Part shown: one piece after another, positions 1 through 10,353 of the stretch
Layout of the letters: the number at the start of each line of letters is the position of its first letter
Position numbering within the stretch: the stretch's first letter is position 1
From: a virus
IMG/VR virus record: IMGVR_UViG_3300018022_000003
Span: 1 to 64,000 of that record
Strand: one strand, 5' to 3'
DNA: 64,000 nt
Program-made: the position numbers and the translations under genes
Notes under the pieces: generated by a model
Database searches by the model: none
What the model saw: only the letters and a program-made list of their open reading frames with translations
Told to the model about the DNA's origin: nothing

Positions 1-9
1 AGCCTCGGG

Positions 10-1065
10 GTGGACAGCTCTAGGGCCAACGATATCAACGATGTAAGCGATATCCATATCGCCAGGCCGTCGAACTCCCCCGTGCAGCCCCTCCTCCTCC
101 CCATCCGGGGGGAGAAGCGCTTCATCCCCGAGGACCCCCTGGCCCTGATAGGGCAGGCCGACCAGACGGCGGCGGCCTTCGGCTCGGCGCAGTACTCCGA
201 CTTCTTCCTGACGGCGGCGAAGCAGGCGTTCACCGACTGGGTCGTGGTACGCATCCCCCACCGTGGGGTGCTTCCCAGCACGGGCAGCCCCAACCCGGCA
301 TACACTGCCACCTACAGGTTCCTCGTCAACCCGCAGACCGCCCAGGTATCCAGGAACACCGAGGACTCCCAGGCGTTTGCCCGTGGGGGATGGCAGTTCG
401 GCATCTGGGGCGAGGGCCTGGTCAACATAAGCATGACCGGGCATACCCCCGGCTACTACTGGGCGAAGGGGCTGACGGACGAGTACGCCTACTTCACCGA
501 GTCGTGGAGGAACCTCCAGCAGCTAGTCATAGTCTTCGAGAACAACGGCTACTGGTTCGAGGGCGAGGAGGCCAACGAGGGCCCCCTGGCCCCAGGGTTC
601 ACCCGCAGGCGCATAAAGAAGCACCAGGACGTGCAGCTCGTGGTCGCCAACTACATCTGGTACGGGATGTTCGACAGCCTTACCCTTACCCTGGACGCCG
701 AGCACCCCTACCGGGCGGAGTTCAGCCTGTCCTTCCTGGCATGGAAGGAGAGGACCAGGCAAAGCTCCCCCTACAGCCAGTGGGGGATACAGAACAACGT
801 GGAGAGGGGGCACTCGTACGGGGCCAAGTCCTACCCTGCGGAGGAGCAGGCACCCCCGGACGACGCCGGGCAGTTGACGGTGCTGCCGGCCGCTGCCTCC
901 CCCGGCGGCCTGTCCGTCCTCTCCTCCCTCGCCCCCTCGGTCCTGCCCGCAGGGGCGGTCCCCCCTGCGGTGGCCTCCGACCAGGGCGTGCAGTACCTAG
1001 TCTCGGGAGGGGGGAGCGCCACGCCCAACCTCGGGCTTCTCAACCCCGTCGAGGTCTTCGCATAG
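10..1065 (+). CDS. Putative tail-tube-initiator/baseplate protein (may start upstream of the window)
   Basis: YRFLVNP..QVSR..AFARGGWQFGIWGEGLVNISMTGHT resembles tube-like baseplate proteins of large myophages. It lies directly before hub and spike genes. The frame is open to base 1. Confidence 0.45.
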   Translation: MDSSRANDINDVSDIHIARPSNSPVQPLLLPIRGEKRFIPEDPLALIGQADQTAAAFGSAQYSDFFLTAAKQAFTDWVVVRIPHRGVLPSTGSPNPAYTATYRFLVNPQTAQVSRNTEDSQAFARGGWQFGIWGEGLVNISMTGHTPGYYWAKGLTDEYAYFTESWRNLQQLVIVFENNGYWFEGEEANEGPLAPGFTRRRIKKHQDVQLVVANYIWYGMFDSLTLTLDAEHPYRAEFSLSFLAWKERTRQSSPYSQWGIQNNVERGHSYGAKSYPAEEQAPPDDAGQLTVLPAAASPGGLSVLSSLAPSVLPAGAVPPAVASDQGVQYLVSGGGSATPNLGLLNPVEVFA

Positions 1066-3789
1066 ATGGCCAACCAGATAAGGAACATCGCACAGACCGT
1101 CCAGGAGAGGGAGATAGTCAAGACCTGCCCGGACGTGGTCGTCTACATAGAGGGCAGGCCGTACCTCGTCAACCCCTATATCAACTCCAAGAGTTCGCAG
1201 GACCAGTCCAACGACCTCTATACCATCGTCAACTTCAACGACTACGTGGAGTCGTTCTCCGTGGCCTACGACGTGGACAACCTCGTCCCCTCCGGCAGCT
1301 TCAGCCTCAACGTCCCTGCCGCCAAGAAGTACCTGTTCCAGGCACCGGGCGGTGCCAACATCATAGGGAGCATGATGCAGGTGCAGGTGTTCGCCAAGGG
1401 GTACTTCCCCGCCCAGAACGGCAACACCCTCTACTACCGTGTCTTCAAGGGCCTCGTCTCCAGCGTCTCCCACACCGACACCGGTACCGCCTTGCAGATA
1501 GCCGTCAACTGCGTCGGGGTGCTGCACTTCCTCGACCTGATGTACATAGACCTGGGCCCTGCCCTGCTGACCAACTCCCCCCTGCCCGCCGTCCCCATGA
1601 ACACCAACCAGTTCATGATGAACCCCTACCAGGCGCTCGCCGACACCTTCCTGCGGGCGGTCACCCCGGCGGGCTTCCAGCTCAACGCCATCCAGCAGGC
1701 TGCGCTCGACAGGGGGTCGGACTGGACCGACGCCGTGACGGCAGGGTACATCAACAAGTGGCAGGCCATCCTTACCAACATCATGCGGGACGTCAGGATA
1801 CTGGGCTACAGCCTCAAGGACTCCGTCTTCAACTACGACGCCGCCGCCCTGAACACCGTCTTCACCAAGCCCTCCGACGATGCGGTAGGGCAGATGGCGG
1901 CCTCCATACGCTCCTCCAGGAACAGCCAGGTCCCGAAGAAGTCCGTGGCCGAGCAGGTCGCCGACCAGGACTTCTACGTCACCATAATGAGGCGCTACCT
2001 GCCCGACATGCAGGTGGGGCAGATAAACCTGCTGAACGGCAAGATTATATCCCGCCTGGAGCGTATAAGGGCGCTGGTGAACCTCATCTCCTACGAGGGC
2101 TACCAGGACTTGGACGGGGCCATCATCTTCAAGCCCCCCTTCTACAACCTGGACGTCACCAACCTGGGGACCGGGGCCAACTCCCCGGGCACGGGAGGCT
2201 CGGGGACCCCCGGCGCAACCAGCGCAGCCAGCTACATACGGGAGGACGCCAACCCCTTCGTGGCCTACCTCAGCGAGATTGAGGACGAGAGCGAGACCGA
2301 GGACGAGGCCGGCGTCAGGGTGACCCGCATGACCATCCAGCCGGACTGGCTGCCCAACTACCACTTCGGGGCGGCCACCAACATCCTGCCGGTGGCAGAG
2401 CATATCGACATCGCCAAGCTGTCCAAGTTCGGCCTGCGTGAGCAGCCTGCCCGCCAGCTCCCGTTCCTGGGGTCCGGGGACGACTTCGCCATGTACACCT
2501 ATGCCGTGAGCGAGCTTAACCGGGCCAACAGGGGGTACAGGACCTACTCGTTCACCATCCCCCTCCGCCCCGAGATACGCCTCGGCTTCCCGATGTACAT
2601 CCCCCACAGGGACATGTACGGGTACATAAAGACCGTGAGCATCTCCTACCAGCAGGGCGGGGCGGCCAACATGCGTATCGTCCTGGACACCGTCCGTAAG
2701 CGCCCCCTGCTCCCCGGATACTCCAGCATAACAGGCTCGGACGGCACCCAGAGGCAGGTAATCACCTATACCAGCCAGGGCAACCTGGTGATGCAGTGGA
2801 CCACCGGCTCCCAGAGCCGGGGCAGCACCTCCAACCCCCCCTCCCAGTCCTCCTCCCAGACCTCCCCTGGAACGGCCTCGGGGATGGGCGGCACGGGCAC
2901 CGAGTCCACCGACCCGATGGTGGACCTCAAGGGCAACCCCACCACCATAAAGCAGCCCCCCGGCACGCCCTTCTACCCCCAGGAGTGGGAGTATATCATG
3001 CAGCAGAAGGAGAAGCTGGGGTCCCTCTATGCCACGAGGTTCGACACCACCACCAAGAGCTTCCGCATCCAGAACGATACCACCACCTCGGGCGACACCA
3101 AAGTCGGCGGCTCCTCCTCCCCGACCCTCGTCGTCGGGAAGCCCTTCTTCAGCGCAGACAACTGGATGCCCCACGGCATCGACACCTTCTACTTCAAGAA
3201 GATTCTGACCTGCCAGCCCTATACCGACGAGAAGGGGTACGAGCTTATCACGCCCTTCCCGTGGGGGAGGTGGATAGACGTCAACACCGCTGTCAGGGAG
3301 TCCCGCCTGGGCATACTCTCCGAGACCTCCAACCTCCAGGGGGCGGGCACCGTGCAGGCGATGAACGTCTTCCTCTTCGCAGGGCTGGCCACCCCCACCT
3401 CCAACGACATGAGCAGCAACCTCGACAGGGCGCTCAACCAGCAGTTCAAGAGCACCGTCAACGGCCAGCAGGCCTCGGGGTACGACTCCGTGGAGATGGA
3501 CTCAGTCATAGAGCTTCTCACCCCCAAGCCGGGGGACGTCGGCAACGACACCTCCCTGACCAACATGAGCCAGCCGGACATGCAGAACCAGGTATCGGAA
3601 CTCAACACCATAGAGAGCCGCCTGGGAGTATTCATCACAGGCGGGACCTCCCTGCCCAACCAGCAGACCTTGAAGGGGGCAGAGACCACGGCCTCCCCCA
3701 ACCCGCTCCCCCCGCAGGAACAGGGGGAGGGGCAGCAGCAGGGGGCATTCAGCATACCCCTGGAGGAAGGCACGCCGCTAGCAGGATAG
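1066..3789 (+). CDS. Putative baseplate hub protein (gp27/Mu gp44-like)
   Basis: 907 aa; DVVVYIEG, VESFSVAYDVDN..SGSFSL, YQDLDGAIIFKPPFYN and SKFGLREQP segments typical of large-phage hub proteins; synteny. Confidence 0.6.
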   Translation: MANQIRNIAQTVQEREIVKTCPDVVVYIEGRPYLVNPYINSKSSQDQSNDLYTIVNFNDYVESFSVAYDVDNLVPSGSFSLNVPAAKKYLFQAPGGANIIGSMMQVQVFAKGYFPAQNGNTLYYRVFKGLVSSVSHTDTGTALQIAVNCVGVLHFLDLMYIDLGPALLTNSPLPAVPMNTNQFMMNPYQALADTFLRAVTPAGFQLNAIQQAALDRGSDWTDAVTAGYINKWQAILTNIMRDVRILGYSLKDSVFNYDAAALNTVFTKPSDDAVGQMAASIRSSRNSQVPKKSVAEQVADQDFYVTIMRRYLPDMQVGQINLLNGKIISRLERIRALVNLISYEGYQDLDGAIIFKPPFYNLDVTNLGTGANSPGTGGSGTPGATSAASYIREDANPFVAYLSEIEDESETEDEAGVRVTRMTIQPDWLPNYHFGAATNILPVAEHIDIAKLSKFGLREQPARQLPFLGSGDDFAMYTYAVSELNRANRGYRTYSFTIPLRPEIRLGFPMYIPHRDMYGYIKTVSISYQQGGAANMRIVLDTVRKRPLLPGYSSITGSDGTQRQVITYTSQGNLVMQWTTGSQSRGSTSNPPSQSSSQTSPGTASGMGGTGTESTDPMVDLKGNPTTIKQPPGTPFYPQEWEYIMQQKEKLGSLYATRFDTTTKSFRIQNDTTTSGDTKVGGSSSPTLVVGKPFFSADNWMPHGIDTFYFKKILTCQPYTDEKGYELITPFPWGRWIDVNTAVRESRLGILSETSNLQGAGTVQAMNVFLFAGLATPTSNDMSSNLDRALNQQFKSTVNGQQASGYDSVEMDSVIELLTPKPGDVGNDTSLTNMSQPDMQNQVSELNTIESRLGVFITGGTSLPNQQTLKGAETTASPNPLPPQEQGEGQQQGAFSIPLEEGTPLAG

Positions 3790-3793
3790 CGCC

Positions 3794-6103
3794 ATGGAGC
3801 TGAACTACAGGGAACCCGTATCCGCCCACACCAGGGACATGGAGCAGTTCGCCGTCTTCCTGGGGACGGTGATGTCCGTAGACTGGGAGCGGCACGTATG
3901 CACCGTAGAGGACCTGCGCACCAGGGTGGTCTACCGTGAAGTAGGCATCCTCCCCGCCTCCCACAGCACCTACGAGTCCACCGACGTGCAGATGCCCGAG
4001 GAGGGGTCCACGTGCCTGTGCGTCCCCATCTTCTACGTGGGGGGGCACTCCCAGATAGCCGTCCTTACCTGGACGGTCTCCCATGCCAAGCAGGCCATGG
4101 ACGCCATAGCCAGGAAGGACTATGACACAATCCCCGGCCTCAACGAGCGCAAGCGGGGCAACTTCAGGAAGGCTTACCCCGGCCAGCGGTCGTCCTCCAG
4201 CATGGACGGCTACACGGAGAGGTACAACCCCGGATGGGACAGGTCCTCCCGTGGCCTCGACCGGGAGGCAGTGGACCCCCACCGCCGTACCTGGAGCACC
4301 GTCACCTCCAGGCACGTGGACTACTCCGACGCCGGGCCGAGGTTCGAGGGCCCTGCCGTGCGCCCGGACGCTGACGGAGTCTCCCCAACGACCATGCCTG
4401 ACGGCTCCAGGGAGTATGTCGTCTTCCTCCAGCCGGGGGCCAAGCTATCCGACAGGTACCTGGGCGGCAAGCAGGACGTCCTGCCCTTCACGGAGCGTGT
4501 GCTCCGTGTTCAGGAGTTCGCCCTCGACTACCCCCTCCCGCCCGAGGTCATGCAGACCGACCTCCTGGACCACGTCCTCGGTACCACCCAGGACCCGTGG
4601 AAGAGGACCACCCTCACCGCCCAGGGGAAGTTCCAGGTGGACAGCGCCACCTACCTGGCGGACCAGGACTTCGACCATCCCACCGACACCTCCAAGCACC
4701 CCGTGGGCCCTACCCTGGGCGAGGGGGCCACCCCGGCCCGCAAGGGCTTTGTCGTGGAGCATGCCGAGGGCACCCTCGTGGGCTGGAACAGGTTCGACAA
4801 GGGCACCTACGGCAAGGTCCTGAAGCCCGTGCTGTCGGCCCTTACCCATGACGGCAGGTTCGGGGCGGACTTCCAGAGCGGGTACAACCCTGCTGCCGAC
4901 TCCACGGACCATGCCGAGGCCCGCTTGGCGGCGGCGTGCTACTCTACCCGCTTCCCGAGCGAGTACAACACCACCCGCTGGGAGGTCGCCAAGGAGGGGA
5001 TGCTGACCTTCGAGGTGGGCAGCACCATCCCCAAGGAGAACGTCAAGTTCAGCCCCCCCTACGAGCACCCGCACGGGGCGGGCAGGAGCGTGGAGGGGCA
5101 CCTGGTCGGGAGCCTGAAGCTCGTCGTCGGCAAGAACCGGGACGAGGAGGACTCCGTAGACCTCCAGGCGATGGGCCAGACCGTCCTGCGCCTGGGTAGC
5201 GACGACGCCAGCCTGCCGGACTCCGGGCGCAAGGTCCTTACCCAGAGCAGGCAGAACAGCGACGCCGTCCAGAAGAGGGCCCTCCAGTACTGGGCCAAGC
5301 CCAAGGCGGGGCCGGGGGACGCAGGCGACCTGGAGAACAAGACAGGCATGGAGAGCATCAGCCTGAGGCTGGCCACGGACGGGGCCATAGTAGCCAGGCT
5401 GGGGGCACGCAAGGACGGGGTGTCCGTGCAGAGGCGGCACCTGATGAACGGCTACTCGGACGGGCCGGGCAAGCAGTTCGACCCCACCGCCAAGAACTCC
5501 CACAGCCCGGGGCGGCCGGCCTATGCGCCGGGGGACCCTACCTACAGGTTCCACGACCTCTCCCGGTCCGGCTCCCCCCAGGGGAGGGGGTTCGTGCCCT
5601 ACAACGACTGGCTCGGCAACCCCGTCCCCCCCAGCATGGACGCCCACGGGGAGTCGCTCGACCTGCACTTGGTCAGGGACGCCCTGGTGCGCATCGGCAA
5701 GAACCCGGCCTCCTGGCAGTCCCTCATGCTGGACCTGGACGGCGGCATAGTGGTGGCGGCCGGCAAGGACAAGCAGGGCAGGTCGCTGACGGGGGCGCTG
5801 GACGGCGGCGTCGAGATGACCATCGGCAAGAGCAACGCCAAGAAGGGGCTGCGGCTGGAGGTGAACGGGGACGTGGACCTGATGGTGTACGGTAACTTCC
5901 ACCAGCACGTGACCGGGGACTACATCCTGGAATGCACCAACTACCGCAAGATAGCCAAGGTGGCCAGCGTCTCGACTGCCCAGACCATACACGAGGTGGC
6001 GCTGAGCCTGCATACCACCGAGGCACCCGACATCCAGAACAACGGGATAAGCTACCCGTACCAGGCATCGCCGGACCCGGGCCTGGACCCGCTGCTGGCA
6101 TAG
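3794..6103 (+). CDS. Putative baseplate central spike (gpV/gp5-like)
   Basis: N-terminal OB-fold-like GTVMSVDWERHVCTV; C-terminal beta-repeat LEVNGDVDLMVYGNFHQHVTGDY; follows the hub gene. Confidence 0.6.
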   Translation: MELNYREPVSAHTRDMEQFAVFLGTVMSVDWERHVCTVEDLRTRVVYREVGILPASHSTYESTDVQMPEEGSTCLCVPIFYVGGHSQIAVLTWTVSHAKQAMDAIARKDYDTIPGLNERKRGNFRKAYPGQRSSSSMDGYTERYNPGWDRSSRGLDREAVDPHRRTWSTVTSRHVDYSDAGPRFEGPAVRPDADGVSPTTMPDGSREYVVFLQPGAKLSDRYLGGKQDVLPFTERVLRVQEFALDYPLPPEVMQTDLLDHVLGTTQDPWKRTTLTAQGKFQVDSATYLADQDFDHPTDTSKHPVGPTLGEGATPARKGFVVEHAEGTLVGWNRFDKGTYGKVLKPVLSALTHDGRFGADFQSGYNPAADSTDHAEARLAAACYSTRFPSEYNTTRWEVAKEGMLTFEVGSTIPKENVKFSPPYEHPHGAGRSVEGHLVGSLKLVVGKNRDEEDSVDLQAMGQTVLRLGSDDASLPDSGRKVLTQSRQNSDAVQKRALQYWAKPKAGPGDAGDLENKTGMESISLRLATDGAIVARLGARKDGVSVQRRHLMNGYSDGPGKQFDPTAKNSHSPGRPAYAPGDPTYRFHDLSRSGSPQGRGFVPYNDWLGNPVPPSMDAHGESLDLHLVRDALVRIGKNPASWQSLMLDLDGGIVVAAGKDKQGRSLTGALDGGVEMTIGKSNAKKGLRLEVNGDVDLMVYGNFHQHVTGDYILECTNYRKIAKVASVSTAQTIHEVALSLHTTEAPDIQNNGISYPYQASPDPGLDPLLA

Positions 6104-6109
6104 GAGAAC

Positions 6110-9100
6110 ATGGGCGGATTCACGCAAGCACTGAAGAACGCCGAGATTTGGCCCATCAAGGCCAAGAAGAAGGTCCAGAACTGGAACCCCCTGGGGGACA
6201 AGACCGTCGAGAGCCTCTACCACAAGAGCATGGAGGACGGGCGGGCGCTGGAGACCAGCATCACGGACGCCAACCACTGGCTCATCCAGAGGCGCAACGG
6301 CCTCAACCGGCATATCCAGCAGCTCTTCAACCACATCAAGACCTGCACGGACGGCAAGCTCGACAACCCCTGGCGTGCCATCAAGTACGGCTACGACATC
6401 ATCAGCTACATGAACCAGATAGCCAAGCTCCAGCAGGAGATTACGGGCCTTATCCAGGCGATGGTCCAGAACGTCGGCATCATCCAGTCCATGGAGCGCA
6501 ACATCCTCGCCAACATCCAGGCGAACCTGAACGCCATCGCCTCCCTGCTGCACGACATCTGCAACTGGGCGCTCCCCGACCTCCCCGCCATCCCCAACAT
6601 GTTCGCTGACGGCATATGGCACTGGAACGGGTTCAACTTCTTCCCGCTCTCCTCCTTCGTGCCGCACCTGAGCTTCGACATGAACTTCGCCTTCGGGCAG
6701 TGCCAGCTCCATGTCCCCAACGTCAACGTGCTCAGGAACTTCCCCAGCCATGTCTCCGGCTACAACGGCCTGACGTGGGGCACCCCGATATTCGACCCGC
6801 CGCTCGGGGGCCTCATCCCCGACACGGGCACCAACCTGAGCGACCCGGCGTTCGTCCAGAGGATGCAGTCCACGACCAACAAGCCCTACTTCACCAGCGA
6901 CCCGAGCTACCCCTACCCCTTCAACCCGCAGTCCACCTCCTCCGCCACGGGCAGCCCTTCCGGGGCAGGCGGCACGGGCACTGCCGGGATATCCAGCGGC
7001 ACGGGCGGCACCACGGCCCCCACACCCTCCATGCTGGGCAGCCTGCCCAACCCCAACATGGTCATCTCGGCCTACCGGATGCCTGCCGACACCTACCAGG
7101 GCAACATCGTCAGCCTGGTGCCCAGCCTGGGCAGGGACGTGGTCGAGCCTGCGGACCCGGACTACCCTAGCCCCGACCTTGGCACCCGCCAGGCCAACCT
7201 GAGGGCCGACCTCCTCCGCTACGTGACGCTGGGGGCGGTCGTGGACAGCGGGTACGACCCCTACCTCACCTCCGCATGGCTGTTCTACGTAGGCGGGGCA
7301 AGGGGAGGGAGGCTCGGCCAGTGGATTGCCAACTTCCAGGCGGCCTACCAGCAGTATGTGCAGCCCTCCCTGGACTACCTGGCGGGCAGCCCCATACCCT
7401 GGAACAGGGCGCTCCCGGGCACCGTGCTCAATGCCGGGCCGCAGGCAATCCCCCTCGTTACGGCCCTGGCCGGGATGACCCCCCTTGCCCAGGGCACCAC
7501 GCTATGGAAGCTGTCCTACGTCGAGGCCGCCATACTAGGCTACCCACGCAACACCCGCTGGGACGCCCATGCCGACCTGAACTACACCGGGGGCTTCACG
7601 GGCACGGACCTCGACTATGCCTCCGTGGCCATAGACTATACCTCTACCACCACCATAACGCTGGGGGAGGGGGAAGCGGCCTACCCCGTGCAGTGTACCT
7701 TCCCCTCGGCGATAGGGAAGGTCCTCCAGCAGGTCATCCCCGTGGCCGACAGGAGGATACAGCTAGACACCTCCTTCCAGAGCGTCCATCCCCAGTGGCG
7801 CTATACCTACGACCAGTTCGCCATCGCCGCCCCGGTGGACAGGTTCACCCAGTTCTGGCGGGAGTTCAACGGCAACCTCCAGAGCCTCCTCCTGCTGGAC
7901 CCCTATGTCGTACAGTTCGTGTGCGCCTACGAGGCGTCCCTGGACTCTGCCATAGACCCGCTCGGCGACCCCTCCGCCTACAACACCGTCAAGACGGACG
8001 CCAACAGCCGCAGCCGTGCCTGGACCCCAGGCTCCCCCCTCCTCAAGATTCCGGTCGCCCCAGTGGTCGTGTACTCCAACGCCTCCGCCTCGGTCGACCC
8101 GGACAGCAACGGCTGGCCGGGAGGGGTCCTCGACCCGGTCGCCTACCTCGGCAGGCCGGACATCCAGGGGCAGAGCATCCCCGTGCAGATGGCGATGCTG
8201 GGGTGCAATGAGGCAGCCTCCAACCTGATGCGGCTCAAGAACACCGTGCAGCAGCAGGCAGCACTTGCCATCAGCACCGTCCAGACCCAGATACAGGGGC
8301 TTTCCAACTTCGGCTTCCAGGTGGAGTCCGCCAACGTGACCACCACGGTACCTCCTGGCACGGGGGGGGCGCTCGTCCAGTTCGACCAGGTGGACTTCGA
8401 CCTGACGGGCTATGTCACCAGCGAGACGACCTACACCATCACAGCGGCAGGGGCATACGCCATCACCGGGCAGCTCATGTGGGGGGCCGGGGAGGCAGGG
8501 GTAAGGACGGTCACCGTGTACAATACCTCAGGCTCCCCCCCCGTCACCACGGTCGTGGCCGACGCCTCTACCGACCCCAGCGAGGCAGGGCCGGTATCCC
8601 TGCCGTTCAACGCCCAGGTGAACCTTGTCCTGGGGGACGTCCTCACGGTAGTGGCCACCCACAGCCTCCCAACGGCACAGGACATAGAGCCGGGGAGCAT
8701 CCTGACCTGTGTCATGTACGCCTCCTCCGAGCCTACCCCTCCCGTCCCCCCGTCCCCCTCTACCGGCGGCACGCAGGTCTTCACCGCCGACGCCGACCTG
8801 GGGGCGCTCACGGCGGTATACGTGGACCCTGACGGCGGGGTCCTCCCCATAGACCCGACCTCCGTCTCCCAGGGAAGCCCCCCCTTCTCCTCCGACGCCT
8901 ACCCCTTCGTGGACGGCATCACGCTCAACTCCGCCCCCATGGGAAGCCCCGTCACCGTGGCGGTAGGCTACGGCTCCGTCTTCCAGGTGCCGGGGGCAGG
9001 GTTCGTGCAGGGCGGCCTGCTCTATGCCGGGCCGGGGAGCGCCAGCCCCCCTACGGGCGTAGGCACGGTCACCCAGGACTACCAGGGCACCGTCCTCCAG

Positions 9101-9196
9101 TCCTGCCAGTGGGTAATCGTGGTCGGCCGTGCCCTCGACAGCCAGACTTTCGTCTACGAACCCCATATCCCGAACAGGGTTGTGATGTCATTCTAG
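6110..9196 (+). CDS. Large virion protein with C1q-like and C-terminal cement/decoration-like domains
   Basis: 1028 aa; VQFDQVDFDLTG...TITAAGAYAITGQLMW is C1q/TNF-like; lies in the structural operon. Confidence 0.45.
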   Translation: MGGFTQALKNAEIWPIKAKKKVQNWNPLGDKTVESLYHKSMEDGRALETSITDANHWLIQRRNGLNRHIQQLFNHIKTCTDGKLDNPWRAIKYGYDIISYMNQIAKLQQEITGLIQAMVQNVGIIQSMERNILANIQANLNAIASLLHDICNWALPDLPAIPNMFADGIWHWNGFNFFPLSSFVPHLSFDMNFAFGQCQLHVPNVNVLRNFPSHVSGYNGLTWGTPIFDPPLGGLIPDTGTNLSDPAFVQRMQSTTNKPYFTSDPSYPYPFNPQSTSSATGSPSGAGGTGTAGISSGTGGTTAPTPSMLGSLPNPNMVISAYRMPADTYQGNIVSLVPSLGRDVVEPADPDYPSPDLGTRQANLRADLLRYVTLGAVVDSGYDPYLTSAWLFYVGGARGGRLGQWIANFQAAYQQYVQPSLDYLAGSPIPWNRALPGTVLNAGPQAIPLVTALAGMTPLAQGTTLWKLSYVEAAILGYPRNTRWDAHADLNYTGGFTGTDLDYASVAIDYTSTTTITLGEGEAAYPVQCTFPSAIGKVLQQVIPVADRRIQLDTSFQSVHPQWRYTYDQFAIAAPVDRFTQFWREFNGNLQSLLLLDPYVVQFVCAYEASLDSAIDPLGDPSAYNTVKTDANSRSRAWTPGSPLLKIPVAPVVVYSNASASVDPDSNGWPGGVLDPVAYLGRPDIQGQSIPVQMAMLGCNEAASNLMRLKNTVQQQAALAISTVQTQIQGLSNFGFQVESANVTTTVPPGTGGALVQFDQVDFDLTGYVTSETTYTITAAGAYAITGQLMWGAGEAGVRTVTVYNTSGSPPVTTVVADASTDPSEAGPVSLPFNAQVNLVLGDVLTVVATHSLPTAQDIEPGSILTCVMYASSEPTPPVPPSPSTGGTQVFTADADLGALTAVYVDPDGGVLPIDPTSVSQGSPPFSSDAYPFVDGITLNSAPMGSPVTVAVGYGSVFQVPGAGFVQGGLLYAGPGSASPPTGVGTVTQDYQGTVLQSCQWVIVVGRALDSQTFVYEPHIPNRVVMSF

Positions 9197-9300
9197 GACA
9201 AAACTACCGAATCTTGGCGGTTTTCCTCAGGTTTCTGCCCCTAGCCTGGTATTGTAGGGCTAACCGGGCTACCTGGCAGGTATACTATTATAGGGGGAGA

Positions 9301-9951
9301 ATGGACAAATTGGACAGGCTGAGGACTACCGTCGCTGCGCTGGTCTTGTCCGGCACAGCCCTGGTCTCTGCCCAGTCCCCTGTCCAGATAGTGTGGGAGT
9401 CCAGGGGGCAGGCGTCATCCTACGGCAAGGAGAGGGCAGGGCACAAGACCTCCAGCGGGGAGGTGTTCAACCCCCGCAAGCTTACCGCTGCCCACCGCAC
9501 CCTCCCCTTCGGGAGCATTGTCCTGGTGACCAACCTGCGGAACGGCAGGCAGGTCAGGGTAAGGATAAACGACCGTGGGCCGGGGTATCCCGGCCGCATC
9601 ATCGACGTCTCGACCGCCGCAGCCAGGAGGCTGGGGTTCGACGGGCTTGCGGACGTCGCAATCCAGGTATTATACTACGGGGAGGTAGCCCAGGGCTACA
9701 GCTACCTTGCCCTGCTCTGCCGTGCAGGCCAGGGCAGCAGGAGGCCGTGCTCCTCCTACTTTGCCATCCCCGGCCATGAGAGGGAAGCCTATGAGAGTCA
9801 TAATCCTGCAAGAGGAGCTTTACAGCTATCTGTGCTACGTCGTGGAGCAGTACGCCAGGGGGGGCATAGACCCAAGGGAAGGGCTGTCGCTCTATCATCT
9901 GCACAGGTCGGTGAAGGGTACCCCCGAGGTGGACGAGAGCCAGGTAGCTAA
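9301..9951 (+). CDS. rlpA: RlpA-like (DPBB) lytic transglycosylase with signal peptide
   Basis: GQASSYG, GEVFNPRKLTAAHRTLPFGS, VRINDRGP, IIDVSTAAA. Start moved to ATG 9301 (GGGGAGA RBS, upstream TATACT box). The C-terminal tail overlaps the next ORF. Confidence 0.85.
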   Translation: MDKLDRLRTTVAALVLSGTALVSAQSPVQIVWESRGQASSYGKERAGHKTSSGEVFNPRKLTAAHRTLPFGSIVLVTNLRNGRQVRVRINDRGPGYPGRIIDVSTAAARRLGFDGLADVAIQVLYYGEVAQGYSYLALLCRAGQGSRRPCSSYFAIPGHEREAYESHNPARGALQLSVLRRGAVRQGGHRPKGRAVALSSAQVGEGYPRGGREPGS

Positions 9952-10168
9952 GCTGGCCATCGGGGGGGACGGCAACGCCTCCCTGTCGGTAGAGGGAAGG
10001 CCCCCGATGGTATGCCCGAAGTGCGGCGGTCAGGAATGGCGGCCCGAGAAGGCACTATGCATCTCGAACCCCACGGGGCGTACTACGGTTGATACCTGCA
10101 CGAAGTGCGGCTATGCCCTGGGGGGAAGGCAGGAAGACACCCCGCAGGAGCCGCCCTCCCATCCATGA
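9791..10168 (+). CDS. Hypothetical protein with CxxC...CxxC zinc ribbon
   Basis: MRVIILQEE...CPKCGG...CTKCG; AGGGAAG RBS; GC3-rich codons. Confidence 0.6.
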   Translation: MRVIILQEELYSYLCYVVEQYARGGIDPREGLSLYHLHRSVKGTPEVDESQVAKLAIGGDGNASLSVEGRPPMVCPKCGGQEWRPEKALCISNPTGRTTVDTCTKCGYALGGRQEDTPQEPPSHP

Positions 10169-10353
10169 CCCCCAACGAAGAGTACATGGCAGAGATGGAC
10201 CGCATAAAGGCAGAGCGCAAGCGCCTGGACGCCGAGGAGTCCGTGGCCCGCCAGCGCTGGAGGGATGCCAAGGCGAGATGCCAGCACGTATGGGTAGACC
10301 AGAGCTACGTAGGCCTGCTCAAGGTCTGCTCCCTGTGCGGGACCTACGGCTAG
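10165..10353 (+). CDS. Small hypothetical zinc-finger protein (62 aa)
   Basis: ATGA overlap with the previous stop; coiled coil followed by CQH...CSLC. Confidence 0.55.
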   Translation: MTPNEEYMAEMDRIKAERKRLDAEESVARQRWRDAKARCQHVWVDQSYVGLLKVCSLCGTYG

